NCBI RefSeq assembly: GCF_963921235.1
Contig: NC_086097.1
Location: forward strand, 3,038,001-3,102,000
Direction: 5' to 3'
From: Mobula hypostoma
Lineage: Eukaryota
Length of the DNA: 64,000 nucleotides
Shown here: piece after piece, positions 38,511 to 51,175 of the stretch
How the letters are laid out: each line of letters opens with the position of its first letter
Position numbering within the stretch: the stretch's first letter is position 1
Translations under genes and position numbers: made by a program
Notes under the pieces: model-generated
Told to the model about the DNA's origin: nothing
What the model saw: the letters and a program-made list of their open reading frames with translations, nothing else
Databases searched by the model: none

Positions 38511-38853
38511 TCATCATCATATGCTGTGTCGGATGATGTAGGTGGTCATAATCTTTTGACCATGATTGTTCTTGGTAAATTTTTGTGACAGAAATGGATT
38601 GCCGTTTCCTCCTCCTGTGCAGTGTCTTTACTAAACAGGTGACTCCAGCCATTATCAATACTCTTCAGAGATTGCCTGCCTGGAGTCAGTGGTCGCATAA
38701 CCAGTGATATGCACCAGCTGCACCATGGTTTCATGTGACCCTGATCGGGGGCTAAGCAGGTGCTACACCTTGCCCAAGGGTGGCCTACAGGCTAGAGAAG
38801 GGAAGGAGTGCCTTACACCTCCTTTGGCAGAGATGTATCTCCACCCTGCCACC
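38511..38853 (-). mobile_element. SINE-like element with an RTE/BovA-type 3' module
   Basis: - strand ggaggaggaaacggcaatcca motif and (gat)n tail; related fragment at 22231-23148 is split by the L1. Confidence 0.55.
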
Positions 38854-39240
38854 GGGTCTTCTGGTTATGCCATTATTTTCCTTGTTGTGCATGTTGCCTG
38901 CAATTAGATACAGCTCCAATAATTTGTAATTTTAATACATTTCTATAATTTAAAACCCTCCCTCTCACTTTGTTGTCATTTTGTTTTATCGACTTATTTT
39001 ACTTACACTACGTTGCTGCTTGCTTTGTGCTTTCTCGTGCTGAGTTCCCTCTGAGATTCCCATTTCTTTGCCATGCTAGTTTATACTCATCCCAGTGACC
39101 ATAGTGCACACCAGCCTGGCAAGATTCTGCTGACGGATAAGCTGTCTTGACTTTTACAGTGCTGGGCGCCTCAAAAGCCTTAGAATCCTCAATCTCTTTA
39201 TTTTATTTATTCAGGGATATAGCATGGAACAGGCCCTCAG

Positions 39241-40112
39241 AAACGAGAAAATCTGCAGATATTGGAATCTTCACCTTCCCCCTCCCCCCTTTCTGCTTTC
39301 CGTAGGGATCACTCCCTACGTGACTCCCGTGTCCACTCATCCCTCCCCACCAATCTCCCTCCTGGCACTTATCTTTTCAAGCAGAACAAGTGCTACACCT
39401 GCCCCTACACCTCCTCCCTCACTATCATTTGGGGTCCCAAACAGTCCTTCCAAGTGAGGCGACACTTCACCTGTGAATCTGTTGGGGTCACATACTGTGT
39501 CCGGTGCTCGCGGTGTGGCCTCTTGTATACCGATTGGGATCTGACATAGATTGGGAGATGCTCCGTCGAGCACCTATGCTTCATCTGCCAGAAGAAGTGG
39601 GATCTCCTAGTGGCCATCCATTTTAATTCCACTTCCCAATCCCATTCAGATATGTCCATCCATGGCCTCCTCCACTGTTGTGATGAGGCCACACTTAGGT
39701 TGCAGGAACAACACGTTATATTCTGTTTGGATAGCCTCCAACCTGATGGCATGAACATTGATTTCTATAGCTTCCGGTATTGTCCACCCCCCCTCACCAT
39801 TTCCCATCCCTGTTTCCCTCTCTTACCTTACCTCCTTGCCTGCCCATCACCTCCCTCTGGTGCTTCTCCCCCTTTACTTTCTTCAAAGGCCTTCTGTTCT
39901 CTTCCCCCTTCTCCAGCCTTGTGTCTCTTTCACCAATCAACTTCCCAGCTCTTTACTTCATCCCTCCCCCTCCCAATTTCACCTATCACTCTCCCCTTCC
40001 CCAGCTTTTAAACTACTCTGCATCATTTTTTCTCCAGTCCTGCCGAAGGGTCTCGGCCCAAAACGTAGACTGTACTTTTTGCATGGGGATGCTGCCTGGT
40101 CTGCTGAGTTCC
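39241..40112 (+). mobile_element. Penelope-like (Neptune-type) element: Cys linker, GIY-YIG endonuclease and terminal repeat; inserted in a SINE
   Basis: AFRRDHSLRD...CYTC...FTCESVGVTYCVRCSRCGLLY..., then HFN...LQPDGMNIDF. Short inverted terminus at 39241-39269. SINE halves at ~39200-39240 and 40113-40375. Confidence 0.9.
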
Positions 40113-40774
40113 GTGGAGCAGCCCCTCCTGGCCCAACGAGCTGTACCACTCAGAATCCCCCGATTTAACACCAGTTTAATCACAGGACAATTGACAATGA
40201 CCCGTTAACCTACTAACTGGTATGTCATTGGACTGTGGGAGGAAACCTGAGCAGCTGGTGGAAACCCACACAATCAGGAGGACATACAAACTCCTTACAG
40301 ACAGCATTGGAATTGAACCCTGACCTCTGACGTCCAAGGCTGTAATCATGTCGTGCTAGCTGCGACACTGCCTTAATGCCCCATCCTCTCCCATGCATAA
40401 TTTTAGCAGCCCCTCCAATTACATCTAGTTTCTGGTCCTCCTGAATTCTTTGCATTTGGCATCTTTTCAGAAGCTGTGGCTTTCTCTTGGAGTTGATTAT
40501 TTAAGTGTTGGTGGCCAGTCCAATGATCAGAACTCTTAACTTTTGGAATTCCTCTTCTTAAGGCTGTTCTCTTTACATCATTGTTGGGATATAGTTGGGA
40601 TCACAGAGACATGGTAGGCTATGTTTCTATGTTTCTTTAAGGCCATCTTTAAAGCAGAGCTTTTGCTCATTTGCCTTAATAGCTCAATGTCAGTTTCTGT
40701 TTACAAATATTGCAAAGTTATGTTCATTTCTGTTACACAACGATGCTAAAAAACTAATTCAGGCTATAATTCAG

Positions 40775-41365
40775 TAATAGCCCAGATTACTGCAATCCAC
40801 TTTGTACTGGCCTTCCAAAGCAATCTATTGACAAAGTTCAACTCATTCAGAACTCCGCTGCTAAACTTTTAACCGAAACCAAGAGGAGGGAGCATATCAC
40901 TCCTGTCCTAACTACTCTGCATTGGCTTCTTGTATGTTTTAGACTTGATTTTAAAATTATTTTACTTATTTTTTAAGCTGTTAATGGTCTGGGACTGGAG
41001 TACATTGCAGAATCATTTTCGCTTCATAATCCTGCTCAAGCTCTCAGGTCTTCTTCCGCCGGTCTCTTAAATTTAAACGATCTCCTTCAAAAGATAATTG
41101 GCAGGTCAGCTTTTTTGAACTGCCCTCCCAAATTATAAAACTCAAAACCTAAAACTATAAGGGATGCAGACTTAGTTGACACTTTTAAACACCAGCTCAA
41201 AACCTATTTATTTAACCTTGCTTTTACCAAACATCTTTATGTGTTTTATTTTTTGTTTATTTTTATTTTTAATATTTTTATTATTTTCATGTTTCTATTT
41301 TTATCCCATTGTAAAGGACCTTAAACTACAGCATCCGTATGAAAAGTTCTCTGTAAGTAATAATA
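40775..41365 (+). mobile_element. L2 LINE 3' fragment
   Basis: Hand translation DYCN...QLIQNSAAKLL...EHITPVLTTLHWL...DFKI. Confidence 0.85.
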
Positions 41366-41374
41366 ATCAACTTT

Positions 41375-44300
41375 GCAGGCAGATTGGCTCGAGTTGTTCG
41401 GGAGGGTTTAAACTAATTTGGCAGAGGGATGGGAACTGGAGTGATAGTGCTGAGGATGAGGTAGCTGGTTTACAAACAAGAGCGATGTGCAGGAAGACTC
41501 CTAGCAAGGAGAGGCCGATAGTAGAGCAAAATTGCAGTCAACAGGATGAGGTGCAATGTAAAAGGTGGTCAGATTTGGAAAGGGTGAACACAGGACTGAA
41601 GGTGTTTGAATGCGCGTAGTATCTGGAATAAGGTAGGTGGTCTTGAGCACAGTTACAGATTGGCATGTGTGATGCGGTAGGCATCACTGAATCATGACTG
41701 AAAGAAGGTTACAGCTGGGAACTTAATGTCCAAGGATACACATTGTATTGAAAGGATAGGCAGAAAGGCAAAGAGGGTGATGTTGCTCTGCTGGTTAAAC
41801 ATAATTAAATCAATTTATTAGAAAGAGGTGACATCGGGTCAGAAGGTGTTGAATCATTGTGGACAGAACTCAGAAACTGCAATGGTAAAAAGAATCTGAT
41901 AGGAGTTGTATACAAACCTCCGAACAGTAGTAAGGATGTGGCCAACAAACTACAACAGGAAATAGAAAATGCACGCCAAAAGGGCAATGTTCAATAGTCA
42001 TGGGGATTTCAATATGCAGGTGGTTTGGGAAAATTGAGTTGGTGTTGGTTCCCAAGAGGGGAAATTTCAAGCAACACGCACAAAATGCTGGAAGAACCCA
42101 GCAGGCCAGGGAACATCTATGGAAAAGAGTATAGTTGTCATTTTGGGCCAAGACCCTTCATCACGACTGGCCCAAAACTTTTCCGTAGTTGCTGCCTGCT
42201 CTGCAGAGTCCCTCCAACATTTTGTAGGTGTTGCTTGGATTGCCAGAATCTGAAGATTTCCTCTTGTTTGTGAGAGGAAACTTCCAGAATGCCTATGAGA
42301 TGGGTTTTCGGAGCTACTTGTGGTTGAACCTGCTACGGGATCAGCTCTTCTGGATTGGGTGTTGTACAGTGAAATGGAATTGATTAGAAAGCTTAAGATG
42401 AAAGAACCCTTGCAGGAAAGTGATCATAACATGATCAAATGCACCCTGAAATTTGAAAAGGAGAAGCTAAAGTTCAGTGTATTAGTATTACAGTGGAGTC
42501 AAGGGGATTACAGAGCCAAGAGAGAAGACCTGGCCAGAATTGATTGGAAAAGAACACTGGCAGGGATGATGGCAAAGCAGCAATGGCTGGAATTTCTGGA
42601 AGCAATTTGGAAGGCACAAGGTCTATACATCCCAAAGAGGAAGAGGTATTCTAAAGGACACAACCATGGCTAACAAGAGAAGTCAAAGCCAACATAAAAG
42701 CCAGACAGAGGGCATATGATAGAACAAAAATCAGTGGGAAGTTAGTGAATTGGGAAGCCTTTAAAAACCACAGAAGGTCACTAAAAAGTCACTAAGAAGG
42801 AAAAGATGGGATACGAAAGTAAGCTAGTCAATAATATTAAAGAGGATACCAAGAAAAAAGGATCTGGTGCTTTTCCGGCATCTATGATGGACAAATTCTT
42901 CTGGAGCTTCCAGCAGGGTACAAGTATTGATTTTAACTGATTTCAGTGACAAAGTCTGCCATCGCCCTGATGAAGGTGGCAGAATTCGTCATCAAAATGT
43001 CAGTTTAAACTAATACCTGTACCCAGTTGGAAACCCGAGAAGGGTTTTTTTTTCATGATACCAAAAGTTTCTTCAGAGACATAAAGTGTAAAAGATAGGC
43101 GAGGGTGGATATCAGTCTGCTGGAAAATGATGCTGGAGAGGTAGTATTGAGGGACAAGGAAGTGGCGGATGAACTGAATAAGTATTTAGCATCAGTCTTT
43201 ATTGTGGAAGATGCTAGCAGTATGATGGAAGTCCCAGGTGTCATGGCCATGAAGTATGTGAAGTTATCATTACTGGAGAGAAGGGTCTTGGGAAACTGAA
43301 AGGTCTGAAGGTAGGTAAGTCAACTCAGGCAGATGATGTGCACCCTAGGATTCTGAAAGATGTGGATGAGAGGTTGTGGAGGCATTAGTAATAATCTTTC
43401 AGGAATCATGAGATGCTGGAATGGTTCCGGAAGACTGGAAAATTGCAAAAAGGAAAGAGGTAGAAGAAAGTAAATTATAGGCAAGTTAGTCTGACCTCAG
43501 TGGTTGGGAAGATGTTGGAATCGATTATTGAGGATGAGGTCTCTGAGTACTCAGAGGCACACAATAAAATAGGCCGTAGTCAGCATGGTTTCCTCAAGGG
43601 AAAATCTTGCCTGACAAATATGTTGGAATTCTTTGATAAAAAAACAACAAGCAAGATAGAGAAAGGAGAATTAGTTGATATTGTGTACTTGGATTTTCAG
43701 AAGGCCTTTGACAAGGTACCACACATGAGGCTGCTTTACAAACTACAAGCCCATGGTATTACAGGAAAGATTCTAGCATGGATAAAGCAGTGGCTGATTG
43801 GTAGGAAGCGAAGTGTGGAAATAAGGAACTGATTCTTTTTACGTTATCTGTCAATGATTTTGATAGAATTGATGGCTTTGTTGCAAAGTTTGCAGATAAT
43901 ACAAAGATAGGTGGAGGGGCAGGTAGTTTTGAGGAAGTAGAGAGGGTACAGAAGGACTTAGGTTTGGAGAAGGGGCAAGAAAGTGGCAGATGGAATACAG
44001 TGTCGGGAAGTGACGATTATGCATTTCTGTAGAAGAAATAAAAGGATAGACTATTTTCTATGTGGAGAGAAAACAAAAAAAAACTGAGGTGCAAAGGGAC
44101 TTGGGAGTTCTTGTGCAGGATTCCCTAAAGGTTAATTTGCAGGTTGAACTTGTAGTGTGGAAGGCAAATGCACTGTTAGTGTTTATTTGAAGAGGACCAG
44201 AAAATAAAAGTGAGGATGTAATGTTGAGACTTTAGAAAGCACTGGTGAGGCCTCACTTGGAGTATTCTGAGCAGTTTTGGTCCCCTTAGAGAACTGGAGA

Positions 44301-44765
44301 GGGTTCAGAGGAGATTCACAAAAATGATTCCTGAATTGAATGACTTGTCATATGAAGAGTATTTGATGGCTCTCAGCCTGTATTCACTGGAATTCAGAAG
44401 AATGAGCAGTGACCTCATTGTAATCTACTGAATGGTGAAAGGCCTTGATAGAGTGGCTGCATCCTCTGGTGGTAGAATCTAAGACCAGAGGACAGCCTCA
44501 GAAGAGAGATGAGGAGGAATTTCTATAGCTAGAGTGTGGTGGATCTGTGGAATTTGTTGCCACAGGCAGCTGTGGAGGCCGAGTCTTTATGTATATTTAA
44601 GGCAGAGGTTGATAGACTCTTGATTGGTCAGGGCATGAAAGGATACAGGGGGAAGGCAGGAAACTGGAGCTGAGAGGAAAAATGGATCAGTCATGATGAA
44701 ATGGTGGAGCAGACCTGATGGATTGAGTGGACTAATTGTGCTTCTATATCTTTTGGCTTTATGAT
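41375..44765 (+). mobile_element. Long degraded CR1 LINE with two small nested insertions
   Basis: APE-to-RT fragments ([33 protein letters not shown]) and 3' UTR. Confidence 0.92.
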
Positions 44766-45077
44766 CTTCAGCATTTCCCTTTGTTAAAGGTGCCAATTAT
44801 GTGGAATTTTTTTACTCTATCATTGGTTAGTATCCTCAGTTCTTCATGTATTTAAATTAATGACAATGTGAAATTTCGGTTTAAAAGTGACCACAACATT
44901 TGACTTCAGTATGTGTGAGGTGCATTGCTTATCTTAAGCGGGAAAAATGAAAAAATATTAATGTATGCTCTGTTTCTAATGAAGATACTCAATTTTATCT
45001 AACACTATGAATTTCAGTTGCTTATTTAAAATGTTACCTATAAAATCTTTTTGAAATATTAATTCTTTTTTTCTTAG

Positions 45078-46289
45078 GTTCAGAGATAGAACTGTCTGAA
45101 TACAGAGATTCAAGTCTTTTGCCAGATAATATTATGCATTGTGGCACATCTCCAAAATTACAGGAAGCCTTTGGTCAACAGAAAAAATTGCGTGCAATTA
45201 AGCAACAGTCACTTGATATTGGAAATGCAGACTCTGCTCTGTATTCTTTGGATGAGCATCGCAGAAGGTCATGTCTAGATCGATATCAATCTGAAAAGCG
45301 ATCAAGTTTTCCTTCCTATTATAATCAAATGGACAGTATGTATGGAAGAGCAGATCAGGATCTGACGACTGGAGAACTTCAGGAAAGGTCTTTGGCTGCA
45401 GAAGGCTCCCAGGAAGGGAAGAGACCTGAAGTTGTAATACCAGAAGTCAGACTCAATTGCACAGAAACATTTGAAGTTAAAAGTGCATCTCCTGAGAAAA
45501 GTACTTCCTTTGCAAAGGAGGAAACCGATTTGATTGACTTATCATCTGACTCATCATGTGCACCCGACAAACAGTCAATTCTTTCAAGTTCTGATAGTGA
45601 TTCTCTGGTCTTTGTGCCTCTCCCCCCTCTTAGGATTGTGGAAAGTGATGAGGAATATGAAATTCAGAATCCTCCTGGCAATAAACTAAATGTTGAAACT
45701 AATACGTTGCACAATACCACACCACTTGGCCTGAATATTACTCCAGTTGTACAAGTCAATGTTGAAGATTGTTCTAAAGACTCGCATTGTCTCGATTTTT
45801 CTAATACTTCTTTGCTGGATACTGAGAATATATTGTCAGTAGTTACAAATGATCAAAAAAACCTGGGAGAGCTAACACCACAGAAATATTCCAAGTGTTC
45901 AGGTTGTGAAAGTCCTCTTACTCTTAAGCAAAAGAGAGAAAATCTTCGGAAGTCGTCTGCTGTGTTGGAAGTATCCCAGGATGACATTTTTGAGTTGAAT
46001 AAAGATCAAACTAAATCTGATAGTCCTTTACCAAGTCCTGTTGTAAAAACAGTTCTCCTCAAACTTCCTTCAGAAGGTGAACAGAATGAAAAGACAGAGA
46101 CAGAGGCAGAGATCACTGTTGAGAAAGATAATGACCAAAAAGATGAAAGTGGTGAAGAAACAGAATTCAAAATCCAGATTGTCCCAAGGCAGAAGAAGCA
46201 AAGGAAGATTGCTGTCAGCGCAATTCAGAGGGAATACCTTGATATTTCTTTTAATATTTTAGACAGAATTGGAGATCAAAAAGACACTG
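45078..46289 (+). CDS. unc79: UNC79 large exon I (1212 nt, phase 1 to 1), acidic/Ser-rich region
   Basis: ttcttag|GT acceptor and G|gtaagg donor. Encodes SEIELSEYRD...SLDIGNADS...IPEVRLNC...SDSDSLVFVPLPPLRIVESDEE...FKIQIVPRQKKQRKIAVSAIQREYLDISFNILDRIGDQKDT. Confidence 0.95.
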
Positions 46290-46453
46290 GTAAGGAATTG
46301 ATACAAATTCATCATTCCCAAATTGGAATATTAAAACATGGAGGGGAATATGTTTCAAAAGCTGGCAGGCAAGAAATTTGGACACAACGTTGTTTTAAAC
46401 AATGCTACACGTCTGGCATCTCTAATTTCCAGCATGAATTTAACAAAATTGTT

Positions 46454-47490
46454 TCAGAATCAGAATCACAATATCTGGCATATGTCATGAAATTTGTTGT
46501 TTTGTGGAAGCAGTAATTTTATACACATTATATATATATATTTTGGGTACCTAAGACTTTTGCTCAGTACTGTATTTGTCAATGTGCAGCAGAGAGAGAG
46601 TTTGTAAACCTGACCTGACGGAAGTAGAGGATATTAGGAATGGCAAAGCTTGAGTGCAGCACGAGAGATATGGGGCAGGTGGCAGAGGAGGAGTGCCAGG
46701 GGCATGGGGGTGCTGTGGGTGCAGACCCACCTAGCCCTGAATGGTCATTTGATTCCAAACAATTGGTTTATTGATCATTACAGAATGTCTCTGTGGTGCT
46801 TCCCACTCTCTCCCCTCTCTCCCCTCTCTGTTCTTCTTTTCCCAACCATGATTCCTCTTTCCCTGACCTCTTCGGACTCTCAGTCCACAATAGAGACCCA
46901 TATCTGAATCAGATTTATCATCACTCACGTATGTGATGACACTTGTTTTGTTTTGCAGCTGAAGCACAGTACAATGTATATGTATAACATTAACGAAGTA
47001 GTGCGGAAATACAAGGGAAAAATAGTGGGGTGGTGTACATGGGATCATTGTCCGTTCAGAAATCTGGTGACAGAGGGGAAGAAGCTGTTCCTGGAATGTT
47101 GAGTGTGTCTTCACGCTCCCATACTCCTACGTGATGGGTGCAACGAGAAGAGTACTATTCCATGGGCACGTCAGGCCAGTCTGGGCACTTGAGGCCAAAG
47201 GTCATTCTTGTGCGCTGACATGATTTATGGCAGCTGTACATGGGATGACAGACTTCCCCCAGGAGAGCGCTCTCAGAGCTGTACAAGGAAATTAGACCAC
47301 CTTGTATTGAGACATCTGGCATATATCATGCAATTTGTTGTTTTACTTCAGCAGTACATTAATTTTATAAATCTGTAAATTACAATGAGTGGAGGTTGGT
47401 GAGGGTGTTGAGGTGGTGGTAGGGGGGAAGAAGCTGTTCCTAAAATGTTGAGTATGTGTCTTCAGGTTCCTGTACCTCCTCCCTGATGAG
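46454..47490 (-). mobile_element. Cluster of Rex1-type 3' fragments plus an unclassified repeat (~46545-46900)
   Basis: cagaatcagaatc tails and ggggaagaagctgttcct motifs. Confidence 0.55.
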
Positions 47491-47544
47491 AAGAGCAGTA
47501 GTTTTATCTAAATGGAAGGTCCAAGAGAATGTTCTAACCCAGCA

Positions 47545-49015
47545 TTTCAAGTCAAGTTTACTGTCATTTAACTATGTACATGTATATAACATATATAATG
47601 TATATAGAAATGAGGCAATATTTCTCTGAAGCAGGGTATAAAGCACAGTAGCACACATAACACATGATAACTTATGAAGGTCAGGATAAAATCTACAACT
47701 GAATCACACATAAATAACAAATGAAAGTGCATTAATATTAAATATGGTAAGATACGGAACAGATTAACTCAGATACAGTGCAGCAGGGTGTTCAGAAGCC
47801 TAATGGCCTAGGGGAAGAAATTGTTTCTCATCCTGACCAATCTTGTTTTTATGCATCGTTGTCTCCTGCCTGATGGTAGAAAGTCAGAGAAGATGCTGGA
47901 TAGATCCTTCATAATACTAAGGGCTGTGCATTTGCAGTGCTCCTGATAAGTGTCCTCGATAGATGGTACGGAGACCCCTGTGGTCCCCTCAGCTGTTCTC
48001 ACTGTCCTTCGTGGGGACTTCTGGACTGACACTGTGCTGCTCCAGTACCAGGCTGAGATGCAATGTCAGGATGCTCTGAATGGTGCTCCTGTAAAATGCA
48101 TTTAAGATGGGGAGGGGGTAGCCTTGCTTGCTTCAATCTTCTTAGGAAGTGGACGTATTGCTGTGCCTTCTTGTTCAGGGTGGTGACATTAAGGGGCCAG
48201 GTGAGGTTCTGTGATGTGAACTCCCAAGAACTTGGTGCACTTAACTTTCTCTTTGGAGGAGCCACGTATTCACAGAGGGGGTTCATCTGCACCTTCCTGA
48301 AGTCCACAGTGATTTCCTTTGTCTTCTGCACGTTCAGGCTCAGGTTGTTCTTCTCACACCAGTACACCAGCTTCCTCTCTATACCCTGTCTTGTCGTAGT
48401 ACTCATCCGCAAACTTGACACGGTTTGAGCTGGATCCTGTGACACAGTCATACGTCAGCGGTGGGCTGAGCACAACACACAGCCTTGGGGAGTGTGAGTG
48501 CTTGGCGTAATGGAGCAAGAGATGTTGCTGCCCACGTGGACTGACTGTGGCCCTGCTGTTAGGTCCAGTATCCAATTGTAGAGGGAAGTGTTGAGACCCG
48601 CTGAGGACAGGTTCCCCATCAGTTTCTGGGGTATGATGGTGTTGAATGCTGAACTGAAGTCTATAAACAGTAGTTTGGCATATGAGATCCCATTTTCCAA
48701 GTGGGACAGCACAGAGTGGGTGGCAGAGACTATTGCATCATCCCTGGATTGATTTGAGTGATAAGTGAACTGGAAAGGGTCCAGTGTAACTGGGAGAACG
48801 GCTTTAATGTTCTCCATGTACAGCCACTCAAAGCATTTCACAATGGTTGTTGTTAATGCCACTGGATAATAGTCATTTAGGCAGGTTACCCGAAACATCG
48901 TCTGTGCTTCTTCCTATGGATGCTGTCTGGACTTCTGCGTTCCACCAGCATTTTGTGTGTGTAGGCAGGTTACTGTTGCCTTCTTTGGTACTGGAATGAT
49001 GGTCGCTGCCTTGAA
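47545..49015 (-). mobile_element. Rex1/Babar LINE, RT to 3' end
   Basis: CLNDYYPVALT, LDPFQFTY, LFIDFSSAFNTI; (cttga)n tail. Confidence 0.88.
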
Positions 49016-49269
49016 CCTTTTTTTTTTACTACCTGCTATCCTTGTATCCTCCCAATTCTATTCACCCTCTCCATTATAATCACTTGAAAGTTGTCCTCTG
49101 GTGCCCTGAGTTTGCACTCCCACTCTTGCCCCTTTGTGTGTGCAGTTCTGGTCACTTGCTTGCAGGACAGATATCAATAAAATTGAAAGAGTGCTGATAA
49201 TATTTACAAGGATATTACCAAGACTTGAGGACCCGAGTTATAGGAAACGGTTGAATAAATAGTTTATGA

Positions 49270-51175
49270 CTTTAAAGTTCAAAGTAAATATTATCAAAGT
49301 ACCCAGTTGTCACATTATACAATTCTGAGATTAATTTTCTGCGGGCATTCGCAGGAGAGGCAATAAACGTTATAGAATCAATGAAAGACCGGCCCCAGCA
49401 GGACAGACAAACAACAATAATAATCATAAATAAATAGCAATAAATAATGAGATCATGAGATGACGAGACCTTCAAAGTGAGTCTGTAGGTTATGGGAACG
49501 GTTCATTGTTGTGGTGAGTGGAGTTATTCCGTCTACTTCAAGAGCCTGATGCTGAGGGGTGATAACTGTACCTGAACCTGGTGGTGTGGGTCCTGAGAAA
49601 CCTGCACCTACTTTCGAATGGCAGCAGTGAGAAGAGAGCATGGCCTGATGACGAGGGTCCTTAGTGATGGATGCTGCTTTCATGCGACAGTCCTCTATGT
49701 CGGTGTGCCTCATGGTCGGGAGGGCTTTACCTGTAATGGACTGAGCCATATTTAAAACAAGAGACAATCAGCAGATGCTGGAAATCCAGGCAACACACAC
49801 AAAATGCTGGAGGAACTCAGCAGGCCAGGCAGCTTCTAGAAAAAAAGTACAGTCGATGTTTCAGGCCAAGATCCTTTGGCAGGACCGTATACTGTCCACC
49901 ATACATCTATGAAAGTTTGTCAAAGGTTTAGATGACATAAGAAAGTAATGGCACATATGTGCTGGGCACAGGACAGGTCCTCTGAAGCGATGACTCTGTA
50001 CTGAGCAATTTTAAGTTGCTGATCCTCTCCACCTCTGATCCCCCCAGTGCGGACTGGCTCATGGACCTCTGGTTTCCTCCTTCTGAAGGCAGTAATCAGC
50101 TCTTTGGGCTTGCTGACATTACCTAAGTCATTGTTGTTACAGCACCACTCAACCATATTTTCAATCTCTCTCCTTTCCTATATGCTGTCTTACATCTTTC
50201 AGATACATGAGGAGTAAAAATCTTTACGTTACATCTCCATCTAAATGTGCAATGTGCAATCATAGTAATTTATAATAAGTAGAACAGTCTATGTAATATA
50301 GACTACACTCAAATCAGCGTCAATTCATCAGTCTGATGGTCTGGTGGAAGAAGCTGTCCCGGAGCCTGTTGGTCCTGGCTTTTATACTGCGGTAGCAGCT
50401 GGAATAGATTGTGGTTGGGGTGACTCGGGTCCCCAATGATCCTACGGGCCCTTTTTACACACCTGTCTTTGTAAATGTCCTGAATGCTCTCAATTGTGCC
50501 CCTGTAGAAAGTTCTTAGGATTTGGGGGTTCATACCAAATTTCCTCAACTGTCTGAGGTGGAAGAGGTGCTATTTTCACCACACAGCTGGTGTGTACAGA
50601 TGATGTGAGGTCCTTGGTGACGTGAATGCAGAGGAACTTACAACTGTTTATCCTCTCAAACCCAGATCCATTGGTGTCAATAGAGGGTAGCCCTTCTCCA
50701 TTCCTCCTGTAATCCACCACCAGCTGCTTTTTTTTTGCAACATTAAGGGAGAGGCTGTTTTCTTGACACCACTTTGTCAGAGAGATGACTTCTTCCCTGT
50801 AGGCCACCTCATTATTGTTTGAGATAAGGCCAATCAATGTAGTGTGGTCGGCATATTTAATTAGCAGATTAGAGTTGTGGGTGGCGATACAGTCATGGGT
50901 ATACAGGGAGTAAAGGAGGGGACTCAGTACGCAGCCCTGAGGGGCTCCTGTGTTGAAAGTCAGAGGGTTGGAGGTGAGGGAGCCCAATTTTACAACCTGC
51001 TGGCGATCTGACAGGAAGTCCAGGATCCAGCTGCACAAGGCAGGGTCAACGCTGAGGTCTCTGAGCTTCTTGTCGAGCCCGGATGGAACTATGGTGTTGA
51101 ATGCTGAACTGTAGTCCAAGAACAGCATTCTCACATTAGCCTATGACAGTGGTGTTGTCAGCAAACTTGAATATG
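49270..51175 (-). mobile_element. Two nested Rex1-type LINE fragments with a Penelope terminus at ~49755-49885
   Basis: ORF 50490-51134 [14 protein letters not shown]...GAPQGCVLSPLLYSLYT...YADHT. Confidence 0.85.

Noticed and set aside
45119..46516. 465-aa ORF as a stand-alone gene
   Set aside because: It is UNC79 exon I. It starts at TTG, and the last ~75 aa read through the gtaagg donor into intron and a Rex1 tail.
46545..46575. Possible TIR gggtacctaagacttttgctcagtactgta after (TA)n
   Set aside because: No partner inverted repeat found in the window, so it cannot be classified.
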